A stretch of 63,996 nt of DNA, the filler included, from Dirinaria sp. TL-2023a (taxonomy: Eukaryota), in NCBI GenBank assembly GCA_051941275.1. It is 3 parts of 3 records of this genome, joined end to end, with 100 filler letters (N's around TTAATTAATTAA, not from the genome) between each part and the next. Parts side by side here need not be neighbours in the genome. Positions count along the whole stretch, not along the records: positions 45,564 to 63,996 come from JAVEBF010000385.1; 2 more parts are not named here. The stretch is one strand, 5' to 3'. Below the pieces are notes generated by a model. That model saw only the letters and a program-made list of their open reading frames with translations, had not been told where the DNA came from and searched no databases. Made by a program: the position numbers and the translations under genes. Each line of letters opens with the position of its first letter. Position 1 is the first letter of the stretch. Positions 62,479 through 63,996 of this stretch are shown here, one piece after another.

Positions 62479-63996
62479 CTTGGTTCACCGCCCGGGAATA
62501 TTAATTTTTCTTGCCAAGATGCTTTGGGCGCGGCGTTTATGGCGGTGTTCTCTGGAGTCTGGACTAATGCCACTGATTGAGTTTGAAATTTTTGATACCC
62601 ATGTCTGCTTTCTGTATGCTTTACTCTTGATATCCTAGGATCTACAGATCCTTGTCTCCTTGTCTGTTCTTATCACGTATATCTTTGCGGTAAAAGAAAG
62701 GCGAAAGCTTTCTCTAACATACCTCTCACCAGCCATATATCCATGGGAAGGAAGACGACATAGCTGAGATGAACCTCTCTAAATGCTCCGGAAGATCTAA
62801 CACCAGCACAGAAGGGTGACCGAAATCGAGTAGTGCGAATTTCCAAAAGTAAAAAAATGGTCTAACTCGATAGTGCTCTAGGTCCCTTTAATCCATACCG
62901 CCAACCCCCTTTTTTTTACTCCGCCGACTCTAATTATGTGTAATCGCACGAAAAAGAAAAACTTCTAATCCCACCTCCCCGCCACACCACATCCACTTTT
63001 ACCGCCAGGCCCTCACCTCCCTTTTTTTCCCCCTTCACTACTTGTTTTCATTTGTCTATCAATAATGCCTCTCCTTCAATAATCTACCTAATCAAAAGTC
63101 TTTATTTCCTTAGTAGTAAGTCCGGTTCATGGTCTCCTTCTTTAAACCGTCTTTTTTTTTTTGCTTGAAAACTTCGCTCTTCCCATAAGCGTACAGGGAC
63201 CTTTTTTCATACCTTGGATCTAAGACATCGAAGGTATGAAAAAGGAAGGTGGTGTGCAAGTAGAGGAGTATGCGGAATACGAATCCTATGAATTATTTTA
63301 CTTGCAAGCCATGATATTATCATATCTCTTTAAATTTACTTCAGATTATACGAGCTTTCAAAGAAAAGAAAAAGGGATTTGGATTTGGAAGCGATTACTT
63401 AGTTTGCCTGGCATTAGTACGCGGATCTTCGTTTGGGATTCCTGGACTTGGATAAAAGGTACGGTACGTGATATACTGTTCGTATTGCTTTTACATCGGA
63501 TATTTCTGTGTTGGTTATATTATTGTAGGATATAAGCAAAGTGAAAGATAGACAAAAGTTTGATTTTTTTCGTCTGAGTATTTCGTGATGTTCGGTCTTG
63601 TTTCTTTTTTTAATGGATGGAGGAATTCTGGGTCCTGGCTCCTTGAACAGAATTTGCTATGCACAGTGACCAAAAAAAGATGAACGAAGAATTGTTTTGT
63701 TTTTTGTTTTTGTTTTTGTTTTTTTTTTTTTGGGCAAAGTCTATCTATCCACGACTCAATACACATCGCCAAGACCGACTTGACGGCGGGAATGAAAAAG
63801 AAGTCAAGTGAGAAAAGGATGTGGGAATCACAGACCCGATGACCACCGGACGTAACAGTAGCAGTTTTGGAGTAGGATTTGGGATATAGAAGACTCAGAG
63901 GGTGAAGTTTATGGTTTTATTCTGTTCTTTTAAATATTTCGAAAAGAACATCAGAGCCGAGTACGATTGCAATTGTGAATTATAAATGTATATACA

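Noticed and set aside
62800..63996. Short ORFs and T/A-rich tracts at the window end
   Set aside because: Low-complexity AT-rich intergenic sequence with no supportable feature.

Overview
Eukaryotic genomic DNA from a filamentous ascomycete (Pezizomycotina; protein sequences look Eurotiomycete-like, which is an inference). It has short GT-AG introns and two artificial 100-nt scaffold spacers (44 N + TTAATTAATTAA + 44 N). I can reconstruct about 22 protein-coding loci. The conserved genes are UTP15, class I chitin synthase, LMW-PTP, MRM1, a Mit1/Mi-2 CHD remodeller, an aspartic protease, an amino-acid permease, Mbp1/Res2, an Sfl1-type HSF factor, XPT1, ATG22 and a Mae1-like TDT transporter. 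They are interleaved with lineage-variable genes: an atypical SDR, a disrupted propeller+PI-PLC gene, a Mid2-like membrane protein, a MYND protein, a CorA-like TM protein and an RBR/IBR protein. I could not support any tRNA, rRNA, CRISPR array, intact transposon or biosynthetic cluster, and I found no convincing multi-gene novel system. The best leads are single-gene oddities: (i) an RBR E3 ligase whose catalytic RING2 Cys and one IBR Zn-ligand Cys are both CGT (Arg); (ii) an intronless bacterial-type PI-PLC fused to a 5-repeat propeller-like domain that is broken by a frameshift and an in-frame TGA while the catalytic domain is intact; (iii) a leaderless aspartic protease; (iv) a candidate SIKE/SCI1-like STRIPAK subunit; (v) non-canonical splice sites in ATG22; (vi) two intergenic motif families, (GGTAA)n and TACGGAGTA, concentrated upstream of SFL1. 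All family assignments come from motif recognition, not database searches.
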